Positions 1 through 11,777 of a DNA stretch of 64,000 bases are shown piece by piece (the stretch's first letter is position 1; each line of letters starts with the position of its first letter). Location of the stretch: assembly GCA_963762255.1 (NCBI GenBank), contig CAVXKA010000001.1, positions 512,001-576,000 of the forward strand, in the 5' to 3' direction. The notes below the pieces were generated by a model that saw nothing but the letters and a program-made list of their open reading frames with translations, had not been told where the DNA came from and searched no databases. Both the position numbers and the translations under genes were made by a program. Source of the DNA: Candidatus Eiseniibacteriota bacterium (GTDB lineage: Bacteria > Eisenbacteria > RBG-16-71-46 > JABDJR01).

Positions 1-383
1 CGGCGCACCCGGATCACCGCCTCCTGCCCCGCCATCGGTCGTACCAGACAATCCTCCGCGCCAAGCACGAGCGCCTTGAGCCGAAGCTGCTCGTCCGCGG
101 CGTCGGCGGTCACCAGCACGGGTACGTGCGGCGCGGAGATCCGGATCGAGTCGAGGATGCGGAATCCCGCCTTGTCGATGAACGAGGCGTCGAGGAGGAT
201 CGCGCTCGGGCTGCGGTAGGCCAGCGCCAGGGTGATCGAATCGGGCGACGGCGTACGATGCGGGTAGAAGCCGGCGCGCTCGAAGGCCTCGCAGAGGGCC
301 TCTCCCCACTCGCCCTCCGGCACGGCAAGAACGACCCACGGGGCTTCCGTCCTGGCAACTTCTTCACGAGTCGGTCGAGACAC
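1..383 (-). CDS. Response-regulator receiver-like domain protein, runs off the window start
   Basis: Not in the ORF track. Manual translation from GTG 383, which has an upstream GGAGG: MSRPTREEVARTEAPWVVLAVPEGEWGEALCEAFERAGF...PSAILLDASF...HVPVLV...LKALVLGAEDCLVRP, a receiver beta/alpha pattern. Confidence 0.7.
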   Translation of the reverse strand, partial: MSRPTREEVARTEAPWVVLAVPEGEWGEALCEAFERAGFYPHRTPSPDSITLALAYRSPSAILLDASFIDKAGFRILDSIRISAPHVPVLVTADAADEQLRLKALVLGAEDCLVRPMAGQEAVIRVR

Positions 384-545
384 GCTGCTTCCTCCGATGA
401 TCAAGATTGAGGGGAGGGAAGGCTCGTCGCCGTCCGGTCACCGAAAGTTTCTCCCACCACCGGCGCCGGTCCCTCCCCCCACGCTCGCGGCGCCGTCCGG
501 CGGCTAGAGCCGGGTCGGCGCCGAGTGCGTGGCCCCCCTCTTCAA

Positions 546-562
546 CGCAACCGCTGTGCCAC
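546..562 (-). promoter_or_regulatory. Sigma54 (-24/-12) promoter
   Basis: Minus strand reads GTGGCACAGCGGTTGCG, with exact GG-N10-GC spacing, about 160 nt upstream of the receiver gene. Confidence 0.65.
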
Positions 563-857
563 GGGCGTGGCCGGTTTGGACCGCGGGCGCGCACGGCGTG
601 GCCGTACTCGTAATCCACGGCCCACACTGGAGTTGTGCGGAACCCCACCATCGCGCGGAATGCAATGCCGTCGAATTCCACCTCGAATCGCGCGAAACCA
701 GCCACCACCGGAAGAGGAGACTCCTCTGCGGTCGGGGGTTTTGACCCGCTCATGGGCCCCCGCCCCCATGCAACGCGGGGCGGCCGGCGGAGGAGCCGGA
801 GGAGTCCGATAACGGGACAGGAACCCTTCGTTCGGACTTTCAGCATGGGGGACATGC

Positions 858-1709
858 TTGGACGACTCGCGGTCGCTGTTCACCGATTTCACCGACGAGA
901 CGCGGAATGTAATGCCGTCGCATTACTTCATGATGCGGTCATTCCTGCACTCGCGAGTGGAGACTGGCGAACTTTCCGACGCAGAGGGCGGGGCAGAGAG
1001 CGTCGACGCCTACCTCGCCCATCTCCTCCAGTCCTTCAACGATCCCGAGCGGGCGGAGAGTGCCAAACCCTATCTCCATCGCTACGACCAGGAGGCGCTC
1101 GGGCGGCTGTCCCGATGCACGGACGCGCGACTGAAGTACAAGATCTGCAAGACCGACACGGACTTCCTCCTGGTCTCCGTCGGAATCTTCGATAACCCAG
1201 GTCAAGCGCTCATGCAGAAGCTGCACGCAGGCCCGGCGGCGCGGCGCATTCAGGAGCCGGCCGAAGAGGCCGGCATCTCGCGCGGGCCGGCGCACTACCG
1301 GTTCACCTACCAGTACAGCCAGTTGGTGCCGCGCCGGCGACCGGACTTGAGCGAGGTGATGGACAAGCTCTCGCGCGGGCTCGACCGGTACACGCGAATC
1401 CTCGCCCACTTGCGCGGCGAGTACGTTGACATCGTGGAGCAGTTGGGGCGGGGCGAGATCTATCACTTGGAGCGGACGGTGAACGCGGAAGAGCGGCGCG
1501 AGAAGCTCCTCGAGCGACAGGACGAATTCCTGGACGCCTTTGCCGGTTGGCGGCGAACGGGTGGCGGCTCCGCCCGCGCGCGCCTCGACCAGGCTATCGA
1601 GGCGCTCCAGGCGCTGGATCCGGAGTTCAAATTCGATGTCGACGTCCATTCGGGCGCCGAGAAGCAGAGGCGCGGGAACCGCCCGAGGAGGGGCGCCGCG
1701 GCCGCCTGA
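858..1709 (+). CDS. Hypothetical cytoplasmic alpha-helical protein
   Basis: 283-aa ORF with gene-like codon usage and composition; no family recognised; start uncertain. Confidence 0.7.
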   Translation: MDDSRSLFTDFTDETRNVMPSHYFMMRSFLHSRVETGELSDAEGGAESVDAYLAHLLQSFNDPERAESAKPYLHRYDQEALGRLSRCTDARLKYKICKTDTDFLLVSVGIFDNPGQALMQKLHAGPAARRIQEPAEEAGISRGPAHYRFTYQYSQLVPRRRPDLSEVMDKLSRGLDRYTRILAHLRGEYVDIVEQLGRGEIYHLERTVNAEERREKLLERQDEFLDAFAGWRRTGGGSARARLDQAIEALQALDPEFKFDVDVHSGAEKQRRGNRPRRGAAAA

Positions 1710-1840
1710 TTGGGTCTCTCTCATCCCGGCCACGGCCGGGACAGAGAGGCCACGCCTCCTCCCACGCACCGAGTACACCTGCACCATCGCGGGGGGAGGC
1801 CCCTCTTGATAAGGCCGGCGTCGCGTCCAGGCGGCGCCGG

Positions 1841-3310
1841 CTACAGCACCTTGTAGTTGGGCGCTTCCTTCGTGATGGCGACGTCGTGAGGATGGCTCTC
1901 GCGCAGTCCCGCGGTCGAGATCTGCACAAAACTGGGTCGGGTCCGCAGCTCCTCGATGGTGCGCACGCCGCAGTACCCCATGCCCGCGCGCAGCCCGCCG
2001 ACCATTTGATACACCAGGTCGTGCAGCGGGCCCTTGAAGGGAACACGGCCTTCGATTCCTTCGGAGACGAACTTCTTCTCGTCCACACCTTCCTGGAAAT
2101 AGCGATCGCCGGAGCCTTCCTTCATCGCTCCGACCGAACCCATGCCGCGGAATACTTTGAACGAGCGGCCTTCGAGGAGAATCGTCTCTCCCGGGCTCTC
2201 GGCGGTGCCGGCGAAGAGCTGGCCGATCATCACCGAGTGCGCGCCGGCGGCCAGCGCCTTCACCACGTCGCCGGAGTACTTGATCCCACCGTCGGCGATG
2301 ACGGGGATACCGTGCTTCGCAGCTTCCTCGGCGCACTGCAACACCGCGGTGATCTGCGGCATGCCGATCCCGGCGACCACGCGCGTGGTGCACGACGCGC
2401 CGGGTCCCATGCCGATCTTGACCGCGTCGGCGCCGGCGGCGGCGAGATCGCGCACGCCTTCCGGGGTGGCCACGTTGCCGCCGATCACTGGGAGATCCGG
2501 ATGCGCGCTCTTGATGCGCGTCACCGCTTCGAGCACGTTCTTCGAATGGCCGTGCGCGCTGTCGAGGGTGACCGCGTCCACGTAGACCTCGCGCAGGCGG
2601 GCCACGCGATCCATGAGATCGGCCGAGATTCCCACCGCCGCGCCCGCGCGCAGCCGCCCGTGGTCGTCCTTGCAGGCGTGGGGATATTCGAGCTTCTTCT
2701 GGATATCCTTGACCGTGATGAGCCCGCGCAGTCTGCCCTCGGCATCCACCACCGGGAGCTTCTCCACCTTGTGCCGCGAGAGGATCTGCTTCGCGTCTTC
2801 GAGGGTGGTGCCGAGCGGAACGGTGACGAGGCCGGTCGAGGTCATCAACTCGGAGACCGGAGCATCCAGGCGGACGTCGAACCGCACGTCGCGGTTGGTG
2901 AGGATGCCGACCAGCGTTCCGTCCGGACGCGTGATCGGCACTCCGGAGATGCGGAATTTCTCCATGAGTCCGAGCGCTTCCCGCAACAGCGCGTCCGGGC
3001 CGAGGGTGATCGGGTTCATGATCATCCCGCTCTCGGAGCGCTTGACCTTGTCCACTTCCTCGGCCTGGCGATCGATGGAGAGGTTCTTGTGGACGAATCC
3101 GAGGCCGCCCTCGCGGGCCAGAGCGATGGCCAGCTCGCTCTCCGTCACCGTATCCATGGCCGCGCTCACCAGCGGAATGTTGAGACGAATCGCGCGGGTG
3201 AGCTGCGTCGAGACGTCGACGGTGCGGGGATGGACGTCGCTCCTCGCGGGGACGAGAAGGACGTCGTCAAAGGTGAGTGCGAGCCCCCGCACCCGAGGAT
3301 GCCCTTCCAT
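1841..3310 (-). CDS. guaB: IMP dehydrogenase with CBS pair
   Basis: [30 protein letters not shown] catalytic Cys loop, [15 protein letters not shown]. Confidence 0.98.
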   Translation of the reverse strand: MEGHPRVRGLALTFDDVLLVPARSDVHPRTVDVSTQLTRAIRLNIPLVSAAMDTVTESELAIALAREGGLGFVHKNLSIDRQAEEVDKVKRSESGMIMNPITLGPDALLREALGLMEKFRISGVPITRPDGTLVGILTNRDVRFDVRLDAPVSELMTSTGLVTVPLGTTLEDAKQILSRHKVEKLPVVDAEGRLRGLITVKDIQKKLEYPHACKDDHGRLRAGAAVGISADLMDRVARLREVYVDAVTLDSAHGHSKNVLEAVTRIKSAHPDLPVIGGNVATPEGVRDLAAAGADAVKIGMGPGASCTTRVVAGIGMPQITAVLQCAEEAAKHGIPVIADGGIKYSGDVVKALAAGAHSVMIGQLFAGTAESPGETILLEGRSFKVFRGMGSVGAMKEGSGDRYFQEGVDEKKFVSEGIEGRVPFKGPLHDLVYQMVGGLRAGMGYCGVRTIEELRTRPSFVQISTAGLRESHPHDVAITKEAPNYKVL

Positions 3311-3349
3311 GCCGGTCTCCCCCGCGAATCGCGGCGATGCGGTCGCCGT

Positions 3350-4054
3350 CTACTCCGACTCCTCCGCCGGCTTCTCTTCCTTCTCCACGGGCGGCGCCGC
3401 GCTCGGCTGCTTGATCGTGAAGTAGTAGTTGGCGCCCATGCGGAACTCGCCGAACGAGGTGTTCTGGTTTCCCCACTTGTCGAAGCGGCTCGAGTCCTCG
3501 GCGAAGATCATGTGGTAGACGAAGTCCCAGTTGAGGGACACGCCCTTGTCGAAGAGGTACTCGGCGCCCACCTTGCCGTAGATGCCCGGCTTGGTCCAGT
3601 TGAGTCGCTCCGTCCCGCTGTTCGAGTACGCATAGGTGCGGAACGAGTCCTTCACGCCGAGGGAGTAGAGGCCCACACCCACGCCCACGTGCGGCCAGAT
3701 ATGGCTCTCGCCCTTTTGCCTGCGGAACTCGAGGCCCAACGTGGTGGGGACGACGGTGGCGAGGGTGTCGTCGACGCCCGCGCGGTTGTTGGGGTAGGCG
3801 TTCCAACCCCAACCGCTCTCCAAGACGCCGGCAAGACCGGTGGAAAAGTTGTACTTGAAGACAACCTGTCCGATGAAGCGGACGTTGCCTTCGCCGAAGT
3901 CGTCGCCGGTCAGGAACTTCATTCCGCCGAGGCTTCCGCCGACGCTTCCCCTGCCCACGATGTCCGCCGCCTGGACCGCGGGGGGCGCGAACGCCGCCGC
4001 CGACAGAGCCAACACGGTAACGAGAACCAGCCACGCACCGAAGCGCTTGCTCAC
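3350..4054 (-). CDS. Outer-membrane beta-barrel protein (small OmpA/porin-like barrel)
   Basis: GTG 4054 with GGAG RBS, a signal peptide, amphipathic beta-strands, and a final strand FRMGANYYF. Confidence 0.75.
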   Translation of the reverse strand: MSKRFGAWLVLVTVLALSAAAFAPPAVQAADIVGRGSVGGSLGGMKFLTGDDFGEGNVRFIGQVVFKYNFSTGLAGVLESGWGWNAYPNNRAGVDDTLATVVPTTLGLEFRRQKGESHIWPHVGVGVGLYSLGVKDSFRTYAYSNSGTERLNWTKPGIYGKVGAEYLFDKGVSLNWDFVYHMIFAEDSSRFDKWGNQNTSFGEFRMGANYYFTIKQPSAAPPVEKEEKPAEESE

Positions 4055-4130
4055 GGGAAATGACTCCTTATCGGGGATCGATCGCACGAGCGGGCTTGAC
4101 GACGGGGATGCCTCAGGTTCAAGGGCGGCG

Positions 4131-4159
4131 AGTATAGGATGGGGTCGCGGGAGTGTCAA
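4131..4159 (-). promoter_or_regulatory. Sigma70 promoter for the OMP-guaB unit
   Basis: TTGACA-N17-TATACT on the minus strand. Confidence 0.8.
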
Positions 4160-4169
4160 GGAAGCGCGC

Positions 4170-4198
4170 TTGACAGGGTTTAGCGGCTTTTCTACACT
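4170..4198 (+). promoter_or_regulatory. Sigma70 promoter for tRNA-Met
   Basis: TTGACA-N17-TACACT. Confidence 0.8.
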
Positions 4199-4252
4199 CC
4201 CGTGCCCGCTTGAGACTCGGGGGTTTCTCCGGGCCTTCCGCAGGTTTTTGGG

Positions 4253-4329
4253 GGCGGCTTAGCTCAGCTGGTTAGAGCAGCGGAATCATAATCCGCGTGT
4301 CCGGGGTTCAAGTCCCTGAGCCGCCACCA
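4253..4329 (+). tRNA. tRNA-Met (CAT), elongator type
   Basis: Cloverleaf GGCGGCT...AGCCGCC-A-CCA, D arm AGCTCAGCTGGTTAGAGC, anticodon arm GCGGA-ATCATAA-TCCGC, T loop GTTCAAGTC. Confidence 0.95.
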
Positions 4330-4379
4330 TTCATCTTCTTGTGCTGCCGCGTGTTGGAAATCGGGTCCCTGCCCGTCTC

Positions 4380-4650
4380 CAACATATCTCCAAAACGCGC
4401 CACAGGATGTGGCTCCTCCAGGAGCCGCATCGCGGCGTCGACCGCTGCCGGACTGAGGTGCATGTAGCGCTGCGCTGCGCACCAGCACTTGCAGCACCTT
4501 CCGCGTCAGCGGCGAACCGTCTGTCTGGCAGGGCACCCGTTTCCCTTTCAGACGACGGTACGCCATGAGCGCCTCGGCGAGCCGGCCCGTAAGGGGGATG
4601 CGCCGCGGGCGGCCGCCCTTCGGCATCGTCGCTGTGCCCTCCCAGACTGG
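4380..4650 (-). pseudogene. Tyrosine recombinase/integrase remnant with internal deletion
   Basis: VWEGTATMPKGGRPRRIPLTGRLAEAL...LVR in one frame and QRYMHLSPAAVDAAMRLLE (catalytic Tyr segment) in another; HxxR box absent. Confidence 0.7.
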
Positions 4651-4738
4651 ACATCCTCGGGCACGTTCCGGATGGGCCAGACCCGCTGCGGTGAATCAGG
4701 TGTTGGGGGCAGTACCGCCCCCCACCAGCCGCGACGAA

Positions 4739-5453
4739 CTAGCCCCGATGGACTTGGGGGGCACCGACTGCTGCAGGACGCTCCCTCGCCCCGAAGGTGA
4801 TCAACCACAACATCAGCGCCGCCTCGCCGAACAGGAACGGGGTGGCTATCTTGAACAAGACATCGTGGTACCGCGGCCACAGAATCCCCGTGACGCTTAC
4901 GACTACGTATGCAATGCCATTGGCTAGCAGCCAAACGCCGAGCAGGCGGGGTAAGAATCGTGCTCGGTACACCAGTAGCCCAAGAGGGAGAAGCCACAGC
5001 CCCCAGAAAAGCTCGGATGCGAGTACGCCAGCGTGGTCGAAGTTGAGCAAGAGCATGACCATGGCATCGCGCTGTGGCTCATCGTAGACGGCAAGGAAAC
5101 CAGGATCTATCAGGAACTTGAGTGTCGCTACCTCACTTGCCGCGCCAGCGATCGCCAGCGGGGCAACGATTAGGATGGGGACTACCATGAGAGCGGCGAG
5201 TTGCGGTCCGAACGTCCTTGAGAAGGCGATATAGGGCCAGTACGGAGGCGATGAAGAACAACTCGGACACTATCCCCAGCATGGTGCTGGCCCGAAACAG
5301 GGATTGATTCGCCAGGATGTTGCTTGCGGTTGCCGAAGCGTCGCCCGGGACAAAGAGCTTGCCCGGGACGTAAAGCAACACGAATGGCCCGATGAGCACC
5401 ACGGGTAGGTAGAGCCATCCTGCCAGTCGTGCGGTCCTCCTGATTAGGTGCAT
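4739..5453 (-). CDS. DUF4386-like membrane protein, frameshifted near 5211
   Basis: RRTARLAGWLYL...PGDASATASNILAN...ALYRLLKDV continues after one extra base into ...FWGLWLLPLGLLVYRARFLPRLLGVWL; possibly a sequencing error. Confidence 0.75.
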
Positions 5454-5647
5454 CCCTCTCCTCCTCGTGGGCATCCGACCGCTTTCCGGTCAGCCATGCG
5501 CCTCTGGTCGCCTACGCAACGGCCTGCGGTTGGTTGCTCCAATCACAGTGCCACGGTGTCCACCAAACCGGGTCAACTCCAGACCTCGACCCCTTGGCGC
5601 CAGAAGTCGTGAACCATCACCGAGATAGGGTCTTCGTTCCAGATGGC

Positions 5648-5674
5648 TTCAAATCCCTGAGCCGCCACCATTCA
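5648..5674 (+). repeat. att-site copy of the tRNA-Met 3' end
   Basis: TTCAAATCCCTGAGCCGCCACCATTCA versus TTCAAGTCCCTGAGCCGCCACCATTCA at 4307-4333 (one mismatch). Confidence 0.9.
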
Positions 5675-5722
5675 ATCTTCTTGCCAGATGCAGGCCTCGC
5701 CGCCGTCCGCTATCCTCGTGCA

Positions 5723-5944
5723 ATGAGCGACGACGCGCACGATCCCCCGGCAGACCCCCCTGAGTCCGCGTGGGAAATCGCCAGACAGGCCGGAGTCGAC
5801 ATGGACCTGCTCGAGGACTGCCTCCGGCTTACGCCCGAAGAGCGGATCCGCGTCCACAGTCTGGCTCTGCAGACAGGGCGGACGCTCCGAGAGGCCCTGC
5901 TGGAGTGGGAGGAACAGCGAAACAAGGCGCCAGCGGCTGAGTAG
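5723..5944 (+). CDS. Small hypothetical protein (GVDxxLLxxxLxLTPEER type)
   Basis: 73-aa ORF from ATG 5723, with TATCCT 6 nt upstream. Confidence 0.65.
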   Translation: MSDDAHDPPADPPESAWEIARQAGVDMDLLEDCLRLTPEERIRVHSLALQTGRTLREALLEWEEQRNKAPAAE

Positions 5945-5963
5945 CCGGCCCACACCCGTCGCT

Positions 5964-7104
5964 CTACGAAACCGCCACCCCCAACCCGCTCCGCCCCAAC
6001 GCCGCCAGGAACGCCCCCGGCTCGATGCACCGCTCCTGCGGCATCGCGCCCTTCTCCGCCACCTCGCCGCGTGCCAGCATCATCAGCACCACCGTCGCCG
6101 GATAGGCCGTGGTGCGCATCATCGCGGAGAGCCCGTGCTCCGTGTCCGGATACTCGATCATCGTGTACACCCGGGTGAACGCTTGCCCGGCCCGAAGGCC
6201 CCGCGCGGTCACCCGCAGCAGGATCGCATCCGGCTCGCCGCGATCCAGCACCGGCCCCGCCGCTGCCGCGAACAGCGCGCGCGGCTTCACCTGTGCGCCC
6301 TCCACCACGACCGGCGCAGACGAGAACAACCCCAACTGCTTCATGGCCAGGATCGACCGCCCGTGCCCCGGATAGCGGATCGTCTTGTAGTTGAGCCGGC
6401 GCACGCGGCCGCGATACGTCTCGGGAAGGGTGGAGACACCGCCCGATGTGTTGAACGCCTCCAACGTGCCGAACGGCGCCGGAAACTCCAGCTCTTCGAA
6501 GTCCCCCGGGCATTCCACGACGCACGGCTCGCCGTTCTCCAGAACCACACCGTCCTCGATGTACTCGTTGATGAGCCCCTCGATGTTGAACACGAGCGAG
6601 TAGTCCATCGGGCCGCCCCGCCGCTGCGGGATCCCGCCCACCCGGATCTCCACGCTCTCGGCCACATCCATCGCGTTCACAGCGTCGGCCGCCAACACCG
6701 ACACCATCCCCGGAGCCAGCCCACAGTCGGGGACAATCGTGATCCCCGCCGAGCGCGCTTCGGCGTCCAGAGCCAATTCCTGCCGCACCACGTCGTTGTT
6801 GCCACCCAGGTCGCAGAAGCTGCATCCGGCCGCGACCGCCGCGCGTGCAAGCCCGACATTGAACCGGTAGGGCGCCATGCTCAGCGCGGCCTGAGCGCCG
6901 CGCAATAGCCGGACCGTGCCCTCGACGTCGGCGGCGTCCCACTGCACGGCCTTCATCCGCGCATCGCCCCAGCGTCCAGCCAACGCCTGCGCGCGCCCGA
7001 AATCCGAATCCGCGATCGTGATGTCGGTCAGATCGCTTCTGCCGGCTCAGATCGAACGAGGCCGCCTGAGCCATGAGCCCCGCGCCAAGGAGCACCACCC
7101 GCAT
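5964..7104 (-). CDS. Saccharopine dehydrogenase / lysine 6-dehydrogenase family, frameshifted near 7037
   Basis: MRVVLLGAGLM Rossmann start in one frame; FCDLGGN, DCGLAPG, GLINEY, LEAFNTSGG and YKTIRYPGH in the next frame. Confidence 0.88.
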
Positions 7105-7273
7105 GCAACACCTCCCGTAGAGAAAACCCAAGCAAGCATCGGCCGAAGCACGCCCGCGGCGCAACCCCCGCAAGAGCGCAACCCCCGCAAAGTCACCCCA
7201 CACGATCCTCCAAAGCGCTAAGCTCTCCACCGGACGGGGCATGCGCGCCCCTCCGGGAACGAGGGCGAGAGCC

Positions 7274-8716
7274 ATGCTCGAACAACGGGTTCTGGACTTC
7301 TTCACCCACACGTGTCCGACACAGCCCGGCGACAGTCTTCTGGTGGCGGTCTCGGGCGGCGTCGATTCCACCGCGCTGCTCCACTTACTTCTGGGCGTGC
7401 ACGACACGCTCGGCGTCGCCCTCCAGGTCGCGCACCTCGACCACGGCATCCGCGGTGAGTCAAGCCGAGAGGATTCCCGCTTCGTGGCCGAGATGTGCCA
7501 GGAGATGGGTCTCACCCTCCATCGCCGGCGCGTCGACCTCCTCGCGCGCCACGACAAGGAGGGCGGCTCGCTGGAGGCGCTGGCGCGCCGCGAACGCTAC
7601 ACATTCCTGAGCGAAGCACGCGCGGTGGCCGGCGCCCGTTGGGTCGTGACCGGCCACACCGCGGACGATCAGGTCGAGACCTTTCTCTTGAATCTCTTGC
7701 GCGGGGCGGGGCCGCGAGGCCTCGGCGGGATGCTCCCGGTAGGTCCCGGCTTCATGTGCCGCCCGCTCCTCACCACCTGGCGCGACGAGATCATCGAGTA
7801 CCTCGAGGACGAAGAGCTTCCCTATCGCATCGATCCCACCAACGAGGACGTCACCTTCACGCGCAATCGCATCCGCCACCGGCTGGTGCCGGTGCTCGAT
7901 CGCGAGTTCGGCGCCTCGGTGCGTCCCGCGCTTTCGCGCGCTTCGCAGCTCATGAACGAACTGGATGAGTACTTGAGCATTCAGGGCGAGCGCATCCTCA
8001 GAGCGGCCACCCGCGATGAGGAATCCGTCGGCGATGGGCTGGAGATCCGTCTCTCGACGTCGGTGCTTCGCGAGCATCCCCGCGTGCTTCAGCGTTCGGC
8101 CATCCGCGCGGTGTTCGAGGATCTGGCCGGCGGCCTCGAGGAGTTCACCCTCGCGCACGTGGACGCGATGCTCGATCTGGTGGAGCGCGCCGAGGGCTCC
8201 GGCGCGGTGGACCTGCCGCGCGGGCTCAAGGCCCACCGAGAGCACGACGCGCTGACCGTGGAGATCGCGCCCGAGGCGGCCGCCGCGTATGCCGTCCCCG
8301 AGCCCTCGCCCCCCCTCGACCTCGACCGCACCGGTCAGATCCGCTGGGGGCCTCTCTACATGAAGTGGATCCACGCCGCCCCCGCGGACATGCCGATTCC
8401 GGCCTGGGCCGACACCCCCGGCCACGCCTGCTTCGACCTCGAGGCGCTGGTGCCCCCGGTCTTCGTGAGGGCCGTGCGGCCCGGTGACCGCCTGGCGCCG
8501 TTCGGGATGGAGGGGACCCAGAAGGTGAGCGACCTTCTCATCAACCGGAAGGTGCCCCGCCGCATCAGGACTCGAGTGGCTCTCGTGTGCGACAATGGGG
8601 GGTCGGAAGGCGGCGAGCGGATCCTGTGGGTGGCCGGCCACCGGCGGTCGCGCCACGCGTCGGTCGATCCGGACACGTCTCAAGTCGTTTGTTTTGAAGC
8701 CGAAACGATAGTCTAG
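7274..8716 (+). CDS. tilS: tRNA(Ile)-lysidine synthase
   Basis: [11 protein letters not shown]-loop, [24 protein letters not shown]-terminal TilS domain. Confidence 0.96.
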   Translation: MLEQRVLDFFTHTCPTQPGDSLLVAVSGGVDSTALLHLLLGVHDTLGVALQVAHLDHGIRGESSREDSRFVAEMCQEMGLTLHRRRVDLLARHDKEGGSLEALARRERYTFLSEARAVAGARWVVTGHTADDQVETFLLNLLRGAGPRGLGGMLPVGPGFMCRPLLTTWRDEIIEYLEDEELPYRIDPTNEDVTFTRNRIRHRLVPVLDREFGASVRPALSRASQLMNELDEYLSIQGERILRAATRDEESVGDGLEIRLSTSVLREHPRVLQRSAIRAVFEDLAGGLEEFTLAHVDAMLDLVERAEGSGAVDLPRGLKAHREHDALTVEIAPEAAAAYAVPEPSPPLDLDRTGQIRWGPLYMKWIHAAPADMPIPAWADTPGHACFDLEALVPPVFVRAVRPGDRLAPFGMEGTQKVSDLLINRKVPRRIRTRVALVCDNGGSEGGERILWVAGHRRSRHASVDPDTSQVVCFEAETIV

Positions 8717-8774
8717 CTTGACGCCTCGAAAGGACTGCGCACGAATGATCTTGGAGAAGGGCGAATCCATTCCA

Positions 8775-10826
<2,052 letters not shown>

Positions 10827-10838
10827 GGGCGACGGCGC

Positions 10839-11693
10839 ATGAGCCTGACGACGAAACCGCCGCCCTGGCGCTTCCGGGGCGGCGGTTTCGATTTCAGCCG
10901 GGCACGGGTTGCGGGCATCGTCAACGTGACCCCCGACTCCTTCTCCGACGGCGGCCGGTTCCTCGATGCCTCGGCGGCGATCCACCACGCCGAATCGCTC
11001 GTCCGCGAGGGGGCCGACCTTCTCGACGTCGGCGGGGAGAGCACCCGTCCCGGCTCCGATCCGGTCTCCGTCGAGGAGGAACTTCGACGAGTCGTGCCGG
11101 TCATCCGCGAGGCCGCGCGTTTCGGCGTGCCGGTCTCCATCGACACCGCCAAGCCCGCGGTGGCGCGCGAAGCCATCGAGGCGGGCGCCGCGATCGTCAA
11201 CGACATCACCGCCCTCGGCGATCCGGCCATGGCCGGTCTGGCCGCGGAGTCCGGCGTCGGGCTCATCCTGATGCACATGCGCGGCACCCCGCGCACGATG
11301 CAGGACGCTCCTCACTACGACGATCTCCTGGGTGAGATTCGAGAGTTCCTGATCGAGCGGCGGGCCCGCGCCGAAGCCGCCGGCGTCCCCCGCGAGCGCA
11401 TCGTGCTGGACCCGGGCATCGGCTTCGGCAAGACGACGGCGCACAACCTGGAGATCCTGAGCCGGCTTGCCGAGATCGTCGCCCTCGGCTCCCCGCTCCT
11501 GGTCGGCGTGTCCCGGAAGCGTTTCATCGGGGCGGTGACCGGCATCGAGGATCCCGCCGAGCGCCTCGCGGGGAGCCTCGCCGCCGCGGTGGCGGCCCGA
11601 TCGGCGGGCGCCGTACTCGTTCGAGCCCACGACGTCCGGGCCACTCGTGAAGCCCTCGCGGTGGCCGACGCGATCCTGCGCGGCCGCCAGTAA
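10839..11693 (+). CDS. folP: Dihydropteroate synthase
   Basis: GIVNVTPDSFSDGG, GGESTRPG, DPGIGFGK, SRKRF, RAHDV. Confidence 0.97.
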   Translation: MSLTTKPPPWRFRGGGFDFSRARVAGIVNVTPDSFSDGGRFLDASAAIHHAESLVREGADLLDVGGESTRPGSDPVSVEEELRRVVPVIREAARFGVPVSIDTAKPAVAREAIEAGAAIVNDITALGDPAMAGLAAESGVGLILMHMRGTPRTMQDAPHYDDLLGEIREFLIERRARAEAAGVPRERIVLDPGIGFGKTTAHNLEILSRLAEIVALGSPLLVGVSRKRFIGAVTGIEDPAERLAGSLAAAVAARSAGAVLVRAHDVRATREALAVADAILRGRQ

Positions 11694-11777
11694 GTTCTCG
11701 CCTTTGCCGCGCGTGGAATGCGAGAATCAGGACGGCAGCGCTCCCCACCCCTGTCGCACCGCGAATCGGCTTTGAAC

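Larger units (their letters stand above)
4307..5674. mobile_element. Decayed tRNA-integrated genomic islet
   Basis: Bounded by a 27-bp direct repeat of the tRNA 3' end; contains an integrase remnant and a DUF4386-like gene. Confidence 0.8.

Noticed and set aside
364-855. 163-aa minus-strand ORF
   Set aside because: Arg/Pro-rich, has no motif, and spans the sigma54 promoter and divergent intergenic region.
1547-4063. Long antisense ORFs (also 8565-10691, 18341-20782, 45554-47344, 55157-57940, 59082-61790)
   Set aside because: Shadow frames of well-supported genes in high-GC DNA.
4660-5560. Integron attC sites flanking the DUF4386 gene
   Set aside because: Only loose CCCAAC and GTAGGC-like ends; no paired RYYYAAC...GTTRRRY with L boxes and no IntI.
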